From an uncultured Gammaproteobacteria bacterium (GTDB lineage: Bacteria; Patescibacteriota; Microgenomatia; UBA12405), in the NCBI GenBank assembly GCA_964544275.1, contig CAZIZX010000003.1, positions 107,705 through 171,704 of the forward strand: a stretch of DNA of 64,000 nt, written 5' to 3'. A program made the translations under genes and the position numbers. How positions within the stretch are numbered: the stretch's first letter is position 1; every line of letters starts with the position of its first letter. The notes under the pieces are model-generated. The model was not told the DNA's origin. It saw nothing but the letters and a program-made list of their open reading frames with translations, and ran no database searches. Positions 41,744 to 51,098 of the stretch are shown piece after piece.

Positions 41744-42325
41744 ATGTCTTCATCGACTGGTAGAGTTTATATTTTACTAACAATTATCCTATTTGTCCTG
41801 TCTTTAGCTGGTGTCTACCTCTATATCCAAAATATTAAAGTTGTTACTCAACTATCTTCATCATCCCCATCAGTTACCCCATCGCCTCTTCCTACTCTTT
41901 CACCGTCTCCTCTGGAACCCACATCAGAGCCCACCCCCGCTTCCCCATCCGCCGCCACACTCGAAATTCCTGAAACAGAAAAGGAATTCAGCCATAGCCA
42001 GGATAATTTTTCAGTTCTTTATCGAAGTGATCGTCAGGTATATCAGGACAAGCAATCTTATGGCAATCGTTACACTTTTTACCACACTGATGGTAACTTT
42101 GCCATTCATGTTGGTCGTGATTGGTCCTGGGTTTATCCAAATCGCCAATTCAGCCCTGACTTAATTATCTCCGGACAGCCGGCATTCCGCTACGACATCG
42201 AAGCCCAGACTATAGTTGACACCAAGTTAAATGACGTTTTCTACACTATCCAGTGTATCCATTCGGGCAATTCTGTTTTAAAATTAGAATGTGAAGACTT
42301 TTTAAAAAATTTTAAATTTTTATAG
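41744..42325 (+). CDS. Hypothetical membrane-anchored protein with Ser/Pro/Thr-rich linker
   Basis: TM helix then SPSVTPSPLPTLSPSP; ATG 41744 avoids overlap with tsaD. Confidence 0.65.
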   Translation: MSSSTGRVYILLTIILFVLSLAGVYLYIQNIKVVTQLSSSSPSVTPSPLPTLSPSPLEPTSEPTPASPSAATLEIPETEKEFSHSQDNFSVLYRSDRQVYQDKQSYGNRYTFYHTDGNFAIHVGRDWSWVYPNRQFSPDLIISGQPAFRYDIEAQTIVDTKLNDVFYTIQCIHSGNSVLKLECEDFLKNFKFL

Positions 42326-42339
42326 GTTATCAAACAAAA

Positions 42340-42902
42340 ATGAAAAAAATCTGGCTTGGTGTTTTAGGTTTGTTCATTATCTTAGCTATTTATCTGGTCG
42401 GATCCTACAACCAGCTTCTCACCCTCAGAGAACAGACCAACAGACAATGGGCTCAGGTTGAAACCTCCTATCAACGGCGCTTTGATTTAATACCCAACCT
42501 TGTCGAGTCCACTAGAGGTGTTATGAGGCAGGAACAAGCCGTCTTCGAAGCTATTGCCGACGCCCGAACACGCTATGCCGACGCCCAAACTCTTGACGAC
42601 AAAACGCAGGCTGCCGCCGAGCTGGACTCATCCCTTGGCCGTCTTTAATCATTGTCGAAAACTATCCAGTCCTCAGGTCCAGCGAGACCGTTTCTCGTCT
42701 CATGGATGAATTAGCTGGCACTGAAAACAGAATTTCTGTCGAAAGGCAACGCTATAACGATCAGGTTACTTCCTATAATCTCGGAGTTATGCGCTTCCCC
42801 AACAATATTCTTGCCAACGCTTATGGTTTTCAACCCCTACCCCTGTTCGAATCAGTACCAGCCGCTGATGTTGCCCCTTCAGTCGATCTTGACATTGAAT
42901 AA
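42340..42902 (+). pseudogene. lemA: LemA-family gene split by a one-base deletion (frameshift or sequencing error)
   Basis: QRRFDLIPNLV in ORF 42340-42648; IIVENYPVL...ELAGTENRISVERQRYN continues in the -1 frame after CTTTAA at 42643-42648. Confidence 0.8.
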
Positions 42903-43768
42903 TGAAAATTATTAAAGCAACCATTGCTTTTATTGCTTTCTTACTATTAAGTTCTGCCAATCTGATACAGGCCATTAACTATCCTCAACCTCTTGGTTAT
43001 GTCAACGATTTGGCCCAAATTCTTACCCCCGAGTTCCGAAATCAACTCGAAAATCAACTCACCCGTTTCGAGACCGACACCCAAAGCGAAATCGCTGTTC
43101 TGACCATTCCCAGCCTTGAGGGTCAAACAATTGAGCAGTATGCCGTCGCTATTTTCGATCAATGGCAAATTGGCAAGAAAAATCAAGACAACGGCCTGTT
43201 ACTACTGATAGCTCCCAACGAACGTGAAGTTCGCCTCGAAGTTGGCTATGGCTTAGAACCTATCATCAATGATGGTCGTGCCGGCGAAATCATTCGAAAT
43301 CAAATTACACCAGCTTTCAGGGAGCAAGATTATCAAAAAGGCATCCAGGACGCTGTCAATCAGATTCAAAATTATCTCCAGTCATCACCGGATCAGCCTT
43401 CGGATAGTCAGATCGATTTTTCTCCAGTCACGTCGCTTATCAAATTAATTTTTGGCGTCGGAGCCTTTATTTTTCTAATCGCCCTGATTCCTGGACCCCG
43501 TTTTTGGTACTTGGCCGGGTTTATTGGTCTGCTCACTGGCAACTACGCCTTTAGCAGTATTTGGGGTGGCGTAATTTTTGCCTTGATTGGTATTCTGGCT
43601 TTATATGCTAGATCCAAAAAACCCAAAGGTCCCAAGCGCGGCGGCTCCGGCCCTTTTAATAGCTACCGACCGCACCACAATTTTGGTGGTTTTGGTCGCT
43701 CCGGAAGTGGTTTTGGCGGCTTTGGCGGCGGTCGTTCCGGTGGCGGCGGCGCCTCCGGTAAGTGGTAA
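42902..43768 (+). CDS. TPM-domain protein with Gly-rich C-terminus
   Basis: YVNDLA, DNGLLLLIA, EVGYGLE, GGFGGGRSGGGGASGKW; usual lemA partner. Confidence 0.9.
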   Translation: MKIIKATIAFIAFLLLSSANLIQAINYPQPLGYVNDLAQILTPEFRNQLENQLTRFETDTQSEIAVLTIPSLEGQTIEQYAVAIFDQWQIGKKNQDNGLLLLIAPNEREVRLEVGYGLEPIINDGRAGEIIRNQITPAFREQDYQKGIQDAVNQIQNYLQSSPDQPSDSQIDFSPVTSLIKLIFGVGAFIFLIALIPGPRFWYLAGFIGLLTGNYAFSSIWGGVIFALIGILALYARSKKPKGPKRGGSGPFNSYRPHHNFGGFGRSGSGFGGFGGGRSGGGGASGKW

Positions 43769-43769
43769 C

Positions 43770-44834
43770 TTAGTAACTAATTTCTCGGGTACTTTCATTC
43801 ACATAAGCAAAATTGACCGGTAGATACCGCACCCCTTTTTTTAACTTTAGATACGCTTCTTTCCCCATCTTTTCTGGCCATTCAATGCAAGCAATAACCT
43901 GGTCATCGAATAATTCAAAAAAACTAATTTCTTCAAACTCGTATTCCTGACTGATCCGGTATAAGTCAAAATGCAAAAATTTTCTGAACTTGTCGTAATT
44001 TATTTTATATTCATTATAAATCACAAAAGTTGGCGAAGTAATTTTGCCCTTTACTCCCAAGTACCTTCCCAAACTTCGGGCAAATACAGTTTTTCCGCAT
44101 CCCAAATCACCGCTAAGTCCCAAAACAATCGGCCCTCTGTCATTTTTTGTAATCCATTTTTCCAACAAAAATACAGCAATTTTAGCCGTTTCTTCCTCTG
44201 ATTTGGAAATCAGCGTTTCTCTTTTCCCGGTAACTAAATCTCCCCGCCTCAATATTTTTAGTTCACTCTCAGTCGCGTCAATTACTGTTGACGGCTTGTT
44301 TTTACGTAATTTCCCTCCGTCTACCACCAAGTCAACCATCTTTTTCTTTTTTCGCGACAGTGTTTTCCAAAAACTTTCAACCGAATAATGGGGACTTCTT
44401 CCTGAAAGATTTGCCGAAGTTACCGTAATTGGTTTGCCTAACAACTCCACCAAATCTTTTATTGCCCTATACTTTGGAATTCGGACCCCCAGCGTTCCGT
44501 TTTCCGCTTCAACTCCAAAAGCTAATTTTTTCTTTCCTTTACTGATTATTGTAAACGGACCGGGCAACAATTTATCGTAAATATTCTCCGTATTTTCATT
44601 AAATTCCACATATTTTTTCGCCATTTCCTTGTCGCTTACCGCCACTGATATGGCTTTTCCCGGCCACCTGTCTTTAAAGGCTAGTAACTTGTCTACCGCC
44701 TTCTGATTAGTTGCATCCACCAGTAGTCCATAAACAGTATCGGACGGGAACACTACTAATCCTCCTGTCCTTAAAACATCCGCAGCTTTCCTCAGATTTT
44801 CTTCGTAATTATCATTAATTTTAACTCTTTCCAT
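43770..44834 (-). CDS. TsaC (YrdC/Sua5-N)-TsaE fusion protein
   Basis: N-half: PSDTVYGL, KDR, PGPFT, TSANLSG. C-half: LSGDLGCGKT, SPTF, HFDLYR, IEWP. Confidence 0.92.
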   Translation of the reverse strand: MERVKINDNYEENLRKAADVLRTGGLVVFPSDTVYGLLVDATNQKAVDKLLAFKDRWPGKAISVAVSDKEMAKKYVEFNENTENIYDKLLPGPFTIISKGKKKLAFGVEAENGTLGVRIPKYRAIKDLVELLGKPITVTSANLSGRSPHYSVESFWKTLSRKKKKMVDLVVDGGKLRKNKPSTVIDATESELKILRRGDLVTGKRETLISKSEEETAKIAVFLLEKWITKNDRGPIVLGLSGDLGCGKTVFARSLGRYLGVKGKITSPTFVIYNEYKINYDKFRKFLHFDLYRISQEYEFEEISFFELFDDQVIACIEWPEKMGKEAYLKLKKGVRYLPVNFAYVNESTREISY

Positions 44835-44883
44835 TGTTTGCAATTTTATCATTTTACATTGCTTCTCGTGTTAAAATAGACGC

Positions 44884-47163
44884 ATGGAAAAAAGCTACAG
44901 TCCTGCCGGAGAATCTGCTGTTTATCAGCTCTGGTTGGGACATAACGCTTTTACTCCCGTCACTCCCAAAAATCCCAAAGAATCCCGTCAAAAAAAAGAA
45001 CCCTTTACTGTCATTCTCCCCCCTCCCAACGCCAATAATCCTCTTCACGCTGGTCACGCTCTCTACACTGTCGAAGACATCATGGTCCGGTTTCACCGCA
45101 TGTTGGGCGATCCCACTCTCTGGCTTCCCGGTACTGATCACGCTGGCATCGAGACTCAGTTTGTTTTTGAAAAACATTTAAGGACCCAAGGAAAATCCCG
45201 CTTCGACTATGATCGTCAAACTCTTTTTAAGCTAATTTCTGAGTTTGTTGACGCCAATCGTGACATTGCCATCAACCAAATGAAACGCTTGGGTTTTTCT
45301 CTTGATTGGTCTCGGCTCAAATTTACCCTGGATGAGGACCACGTTAAGCGAGTCTTTTCTGTTTTTAACCGAATGGTCAAAGATGGCCTGATTTATCGTG
45401 ATGAAAAAATTGTCAACTACTGCACTTTTTGCGGTACTGCCTTTTCCAACCTTGAAGTTGAGCACCAGACTGTCAAATCTCATCTTTGGTATATTGATTA
45501 CGGGCCTCTTTCAGTTGCCACTACCCGTCCCGAGACTATGCTGGGCGACACCGCCGTTGCCGTCAATCCCAAGGATAAGCGCTACCAAAACTTAATCGGT
45601 CAAAAGATCACTCTCCCGCTTACCGACCGCCAAATCCCAATCATTGCCGACGAATCGATTGATCCCAAATTTGGCACCGGTGCTGTCAAAGTCACCCCCT
45701 CTCACTCACCTCAGGATTACGATTTGGCCAAAAAACACCATCTTGAGTTCATCAGGATTTTTGATTACGACGGTCGTGCCAATCATAATGTTGATCAAAA
45801 ATATTTTGGCCTCTACCCTTCTCAGGTCCGCCAGACAGTTTTGGATGAATTAAGTCAAAAAGGCTTGTTGCTCAAGACCGAAAAATATACTCATGAAATT
45901 GGCCATTGCTACAAGTGTGGTCGGCCTATCGAGCCCATCACCGCGCCTCAATGGTTTATCAAGATTGACTCGCTTGCCCAGCCTGCCATCAAAGCAGTCA
46001 AAGAAGATCAGATAAAGATATTCCCTCACCGCTTCAAAAAAACTTTTCTTCAATGGATGGCTGACATTCGGGATTGGCCCATTTCCCGCCAAATAATCTG
46101 GGGTCATCGTATCCCCGTCTGGTACAATTTGGAGGAAAGTTCGGCTATTATAATCACCTTTATTGACCAAAAGGGAAATACCGTTACTGGCAGTTGGCAG
46201 ACTATTTCATCTACCTTTTCATACCAGGATGTCAAAAAGGGTCTCCAGTCCCTGATTGCCCCGATCGGTTCCAAGTTTTATTTGTCAGAGTCCGAAGCCC
46301 GAAAACCCGGCCCAAAAGTAGTTCAGGAAACCGACACTTTCGATACATGGTTTTCTTCCGGCCAATGGCCCTACTCCACCTTAGGCTGGGATCCCGATGG
46401 CCGACACTCGCCCGATTTTGACTATTTTTACCCCACCACCGTTCTGGATACCATGTGGGACATTCTTTTCTTCTGGGTTGCCAGGATGATCATGATGGGT
46501 CTTTACGCTACCGGCGATATTCCTTTCAAAGTTGCCCACATGCATTCTCGGGTTCTCGACGCCAAGGGCCAAAAAATGAGTAAATCAAAAGGCAACGCCA
46601 TCGATCCAATTGCTATCGCCGACCAATATGGTGCCGACGCCCTTCGCATGGCTTTAATCTATGGTGTTGCCCCTGCCTCCGATGTGGCTCTTTCGGAAGA
46701 CAAAATCCGCTCTCAACGTAATTTTGTCAACAAAATCTGGAACGCCTCCCGTTTTATTCTCATGCTTGCCGATCGTAGCCGTCACCAAAACTCCAAGTTT
46801 ATTCCTTCTTTAGACATCGACCTATCCAGTCTCACCTCTGAGGATAAAAAAATAATTCACAGTTTAAATAAAACCATCACTTCCACCACCAAAAACCTCG
46901 AAAACTACCGCTTTGGCCAGGCCAGCGAGGACCTCTATCAATTTTTTTGGCATGAATTTTGCGACATTTATATTGAATCCGCCAAAAATAGGGGAGAATC
47001 AACCACCCCCATTCTCCTTACGGTCTTGCTTACTTCTCTCAAACTTCTTCACCCTTTTATGCCTTTTATCACCGAAACTCTCTATCAAACTCTGAAAAAC
47101 GAGTTTAACCTGACACCTCCACTTCTAGCCACCAGTTCTTGGCCTCAAACTTATGAACTCTAA
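44884..47163 (+). CDS. valS: Valyl-tRNA synthetase (no C-terminal coiled coil)
   Basis: PPPNA..LHAGH, GTDHAGI, TTRPET, DWPISRQ, DTWFSS, KMSKS. Confidence 0.96.
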   Translation: MEKSYSPAGESAVYQLWLGHNAFTPVTPKNPKESRQKKEPFTVILPPPNANNPLHAGHALYTVEDIMVRFHRMLGDPTLWLPGTDHAGIETQFVFEKHLRTQGKSRFDYDRQTLFKLISEFVDANRDIAINQMKRLGFSLDWSRLKFTLDEDHVKRVFSVFNRMVKDGLIYRDEKIVNYCTFCGTAFSNLEVEHQTVKSHLWYIDYGPLSVATTRPETMLGDTAVAVNPKDKRYQNLIGQKITLPLTDRQIPIIADESIDPKFGTGAVKVTPSHSPQDYDLAKKHHLEFIRIFDYDGRANHNVDQKYFGLYPSQVRQTVLDELSQKGLLLKTEKYTHEIGHCYKCGRPIEPITAPQWFIKIDSLAQPAIKAVKEDQIKIFPHRFKKTFLQWMADIRDWPISRQIIWGHRIPVWYNLEESSAIIITFIDQKGNTVTGSWQTISSTFSYQDVKKGLQSLIAPIGSKFYLSESEARKPGPKVVQETDTFDTWFSSGQWPYSTLGWDPDGRHSPDFDYFYPTTVLDTMWDILFFWVARMIMMGLYATGDIPFKVAHMHSRVLDAKGQKMSKSKGNAIDPIAIADQYGADALRMALIYGVAPASDVALSEDKIRSQRNFVNKIWNASRFILMLADRSRHQNSKFIPSLDIDLSSLTSEDKKIIHSLNKTITSTTKNLENYRFGQASEDLYQFFWHEFCDIYIESAKNRGESTTPILLTVLLTSLKLLHPFMPFITETLYQTLKNEFNLTPPLLATSSWPQTYEL

Positions 47164-47608
47164 ACCCGCCAAAATACTAATTCTGTTTTTTTTGCTATCA
47201 GTCGTCGGTTTGAATGTCTATTTCGTCAACCATTTTCCTGATCCTCATACCCGCCACAAGATATCAACCTCATCCTTGTCTGCCGGGGAATCATATTTTG
47301 GCCGTTTTAACTTGTGGCAATCTTTTGCCCAAAAAGGTAATTGGCTTCAGGCTTCTCAATTTGAAAATCAGCTCGATACTGCCGACACTATCCGGTTTCA
47401 AACCTCAAATCAACCCGAATATCTCCAAAAAACCCATCAGGAACTAATCACCAAGGATATCAAAGATCAGGAAGACTGGCTCGAATTAGCCAAAATCCAA
47501 ATTAAACTAGGCAAAACTCAGGATGCCCGTATTTCTATCTCGCAGGCATACTACCTCGATCCTGTCAGGGATGATATCTATCGCCTCTATCTTCAACTCG
47601 TAAATTAA
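47153..47608 (+). CDS. Hypothetical TPR-like protein
   Basis: N-terminal TM; WLELAKIQIKLGKTQDA...AYYLDP. Confidence 0.6.
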   Translation: MNSKPAKILILFFLLSVVGLNVYFVNHFPDPHTRHKISTSSLSAGESYFGRFNLWQSFAQKGNWLQASQFENQLDTADTIRFQTSNQPEYLQKTHQELITKDIKDQEDWLELAKIQIKLGKTQDARISISQAYYLDPVRDDIYRLYLQLVN

Positions 47609-48285
47609 CTCTGCTCTTCTTCTTTTTCCTTATTCTCTTCGCCCTCTTCGCCTGTCTCATCCTCAGGTTTTTGTTCAGTTGCCGGCACTTCTCCCGGAGC
47701 CACTTCCGGTTCTTCGATCTCTTCTTCCATCTTTGGCTCCTCGATCTTAACGATTAGCTGGTCTGCCGCGGTCTGAATCTCAACTTTATCTCCTGCTTTC
47801 AAGTCAGCTACCGTAATTGCATCGTCCACATTCACCAATCCCGAAATATCCACTTCAAATTTATCCGGCAGATCAGCCGGCAGCGCTTCCACCTCTACCT
47901 CGTTGGTTACTTCAATCAAAACCATCCCTTCTTTGACAGCCGTCGACTCCCCTATAATTTCGATCGGAACTGTAGCGGTAATCTTTTCTTTTAAATTTAC
48001 TTTGTAAAAATCAACATGAAGCAACCCTTCTTCAACTGGATGATATTGGGGGTTTTTAAATAAAACCGGATAACTGTCTTTATCCACCACCAAATCAATC
48101 AAAGTTGACTCTCCTGCGTCTTCATACAACTTGTTAACCTCCAGACTATTTACCTGCACCGAGATCGGCTCAAAACCTTTTCCATAAATCGAAGCTGGCA
48201 GCCAACCCTCAGACCGTAAGCTCTTTACTTTTTTACCAAAAGTGGTCCTAACCTGTGCTTTTAATTGTGGGTTTGTTTTTGCCAT
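47605..48285 (-). CDS. rplY: 50S ribosomal protein L25/Ctc
   Basis: GKK..LRSEGWLPASIYG, QYHPV, HVDFY, acidic tail. Confidence 0.93.
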   Translation of the reverse strand: MAKTNPQLKAQVRTTFGKKVKSLRSEGWLPASIYGKGFEPISVQVNSLEVNKLYEDAGESTLIDLVVDKDSYPVLFKNPQYHPVEEGLLHVDFYKVNLKEKITATVPIEIIGESTAVKEGMVLIEVTNEVEVEALPADLPDKFEVDISGLVNVDDAITVADLKAGDKVEIQTAADQLIVKIEEPKMEEEIEEPEVAPGEVPATEQKPEDETGEEGEENKEKEEEQS

Positions 48286-48382
48286 TTTAATTTTTTGCCT
48301 CAATGCCTTTGCTCTTAAAGCTACCTCATTTCGGCTCTAATAAACTAGAGGCTATTATAACATTAAATGTTAAAATTTAACC

Positions 48383-49384
48383 ATGAATAAAACCAAACCT
48401 CGCATTCTAACCGGGGATCGGCCTACCGGTCCGCTTCACTTGGGACACTATGTTGGCAGTCTCAGGAATCGGGTCGAACTTCAAAACTCTTATGATTGCT
48501 TTTTTATCATTGCCGATCTGCACACCCTCACCACCAGCCCTACCAAGGACAAAACTTCAACCATCAATGATCGTGTCAGGGGATTGGTCTTAGACTATCT
48601 TTCGGTTGGTATTGACCCGGAAAAATGCGTCATCTACCAACAAAGTCAGGTTCCTGAAGTCACCTATCTATCCCTCTTGTTTTCCATGCTTGTCACCGTC
48701 CCTCGTGCCCAGCGGGTCCCCACCCTCAAAGATGTTCTCAAAGACCTCCATATCGAAAAACCGTCTTTAGGACTGCTCAATTATCCCGTGCTTCAGGCCG
48801 CTGATATTCTCATGGTCAAAGGTAACCTTGTTCCGGTGGGTCGGGATCAGGAAAGTCACGTTGAAGTTACTCGCGAGATAGCCACAGAATTTAATCGTCT
48901 TTATGGGCCAGTCTTTCCCATCCCCAAAGCCTTAATTGGTGAAGTTGGCACCCTGGTTGGTACCGATGGTCAATCAAAAATGAGCAAATCCATTGGCAAT
49001 TGTATTTATCTTTCCGACGATGAGGCCACTGTTGCCGCCAAAGTTAAAACCATGTACACCGACCCCAACCGTATCCGGGCCACTGATCCGGGCAAGGTTG
49101 AAGGTAATCCGGTTTTTATTTACCACCATGCTTTTAATGACAACCGGGAAGAAGTTGAAAATTTAAAGTCCCGTTATCGCCAGGGCCAGGTTGGCGATGT
49201 CGAAGTCAAGCAAAAATTATCCCTTGCCATTAATAGATTTCTTGAACCCATCCGTCAAAAACGCTTGTTTTATAAATCCAAACCCGACCTGATTACTCAA
49301 ATAATTGAAGAGGGTTCAAAAATCGCCCAAAAAGAAGCCCAAAAGACTCTTTCTCAAGCTCTACAGGCTATGGGGATTAGATAA
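48383..49384 (+). CDS. trpS: Tryptophanyl-tRNA synthetase (bacterial type)
   Basis: [33 protein letters not shown]. Confidence 0.96.
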   Translation: MNKTKPRILTGDRPTGPLHLGHYVGSLRNRVELQNSYDCFFIIADLHTLTTSPTKDKTSTINDRVRGLVLDYLSVGIDPEKCVIYQQSQVPEVTYLSLLFSMLVTVPRAQRVPTLKDVLKDLHIEKPSLGLLNYPVLQAADILMVKGNLVPVGRDQESHVEVTREIATEFNRLYGPVFPIPKALIGEVGTLVGTDGQSKMSKSIGNCIYLSDDEATVAAKVKTMYTDPNRIRATDPGKVEGNPVFIYHHAFNDNREEVENLKSRYRQGQVGDVEVKQKLSLAINRFLEPIRQKRLFYKSKPDLITQIIEEGSKIAQKEAQKTLSQALQAMGIR

Positions 49385-49467
49385 AAAATCTTCCATCATT
49401 AATATCATCAATATCTCCGCCCTCTTCACTTAAACCAGTCGTGTCTAATTTTTCCTTAATATTTAGG

Positions 49468-49541
49468 TGGGTATGCCTGGACTTGAACCAGGGACCGCCG
49501 ACTTATAAGATCGGTGCTCTAACCAGCTGAGCTACATACCC
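49468..49541 (-). tRNA. tRNA-Ile(TAT)
   Basis: GGGTATG/CATACCC-A acceptor; CCGAT-CTTATAA-GTCGG anticodon arm; TTCAAGT T loop. Confidence 0.92.
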
Positions 49542-49546
49542 ATTTG

Positions 49547-49620
49547 TAGCAGGGGCGGGACTTGAACCCGCGACCTCAGCGTTATGAATGCTGTGCTCTA
49601 ACCAGCTGAGCTACCCTGCC
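49547..49620 (-). tRNA. tRNA-Met(CAT), probably elongator
   Basis: GGCAGGG/CCCTGCT-A; CAGCA-TTCATAA-CGCTG anticodon arm. Confidence 0.88.
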
Positions 49621-49712
49621 TCTTAAGCACTGCCAATTATATCAGTTTTCCTCACTAGTTCGCACCTATAAAAACAAAAAAGCCCCCAACTTAATGGAAG
49701 CCTTCTTGTTTG

Positions 49713-49782
49713 TTGCGGGGCCAGGAGTTGAACCTGGCCTGTGAGATTATGAGCCTCACGTGCAGCCGTACACTACCCCGCA
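49713..49782 (-). tRNA. tRNA(CAT), probable atypical initiator tRNA-fMet
   Basis: TGCGGGG/CCCCGCA-A initiator-like acceptor; TGAGG-CTCATAA-TCTCA; 70 nt. Confidence 0.8.
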
Positions 49783-49819
49783 TGTCTTATCAAAGCCTAA
49801 GGATTTTAGCACAACTTAA

Positions 49820-50179
49820 CTATCGAGTAAATAGTTCTAGCCACATTTTCCAATTAGATTTATTGTCATCAATCGTTTTTGTCGGATAAAATGATTCTTC
49901 GCCACTCTTTTCTGTCATTTCGATCCAATGATCATTTTCACTCCCCAATCCGAATTTATCTCTGGCTTGTTGTTGGATATAAGCACTACTGGTAGCGTAT
50001 TCAATTTTTCTTTCCAGTATTCTGTTCTCACCTTCAACTTTTCTTACTAGATGTACCAAATTAATATTTTCTACTCGAGCATTTTTTAGTATCCTGAATT
50101 GACTCAAAATATTAAAAAGTATAGACAAAAATATCAATATAAATCCAAATAATAAGATATAGTCCTTAATCTTTCTCAT
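49820..50179 (-). CDS. Septum formation initiator (FtsB/DivIC-like)
   Basis: TM helix, coiled coil, YIQQQARDKFGL motif. Confidence 0.8.
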   Translation of the reverse strand: MRKIKDYILLFGFILIFLSILFNILSQFRILKNARVENINLVHLVRKVEGENRILERKIEYATSSAYIQQQARDKFGLGSENDHWIEMTEKSGEESFYPTKTIDDNKSNWKMWLELFTR

Positions 50180-50228
50180 TTACGTTTAACTTGTAAATTG
50201 TCCTTATTCATGTTATTATAAGACGATT

Positions 50229-51098
50229 ATGGCAGACCTATCATTCGATAGTGCCCTTGGTCTTTTTATTTCCGCTTTATCCAAAAAAGGGAAATCTACA
50301 AATACTATTGTAGCCTACAAGGGCGATATCAACCAATTACTAAACTTTTTGAAGGCGCAGCACAATATTGTTGCTGTCGACTCTGTCAATCCTTCTCATA
50401 TCGAGAATTTCAAAAAAGATTTAATAAAAAATAACTACACTGCCAAATCGGTCAGCCGCAAGCTAAATTCCATCAAAAACTTTTTTTCCTTCCTCAAAAA
50501 TGAGAACGTTATTGACCAGGATCCCTCCATCGAAGTCAAGCATCCCAAATACGAAAACGAACTGCCTCGAATTTTAAAACCCATTGAGTACCGTTCACTT
50601 CGCGACGCCTGCCGCAACGATACTCGGGCGACTGCCATTGTTGAACTAATGCTCCAGGCTGGCCTCAGAATCAAAGAAATTGAAAATCTGAAGCTAGAAA
50701 ATGTTCACGACAATGAAATTATGGTTGAAGCCAACGAAAGCCACTCCGAAAGGGTTGTCCCTCTCAATAACTCAGCCAAAATTGCTCTCAAAAGATATAT
50801 GGAAGAAAACCGCTACCCCAGCAAGTCCAGAAATGTATTTGTTACCAAAACCGGCAGAAAACTTCTTGCCAGAAATGTCAGAAGCTTACTCAACCGCTAT
50901 TTTGTCAAAGCCGACATCAAAGGCGTCAAAGTCAACGATCTTCGCAATACTTTTATTGTCTTTCAGCTCAAATCCGGTGTCCCTATTGATGTCGTTTCTC
51001 AGGTTTCCGGTCACAAAAGAATCTCCACCACCGAAAAATACTTAGAATTAATTGACTCCAAAGAAGAATCCAAAGGTATCAAACTCAAAGAATTATAA
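50229..51098 (+). CDS. XerC/XerD-like tyrosine recombinase
   Basis: SAM-like N-domain (NTIVAYKGD), AGLRIKE, NDLRNTF, GHKRISTTEKY. Confidence 0.85.
   Translation: MADLSFDSALGLFISALSKKGKSTNTIVAYKGDINQLLNFLKAQHNIVAVDSVNPSHIENFKKDLIKNNYTAKSVSRKLNSIKNFFSFLKNENVIDQDPSIEVKHPKYENELPRILKPIEYRSLRDACRNDTRATAIVELMLQAGLRIKEIENLKLENVHDNEIMVEANESHSERVVPLNNSAKIALKRYMEENRYPSKSRNVFVTKTGRKLLARNVRSLLNRYFVKADIKGVKVNDLRNTFIVFQLKSGVPIDVVSQVSGHKRISTTEKYLELIDSKEESKGIKLKEL

Noticed and set aside
42640-42652. Programmed RF2-like frameshift at CTT-TAA in lemA
   Set aside because: RF2-type shifts are +1; the lemA continuation is in the -1 frame and there is no slippery heptamer
43680-43765. GGC/GGT-rich repetitive tract
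   Set aside because: Encodes the normal Gly-rich tail of TPM-domain proteins
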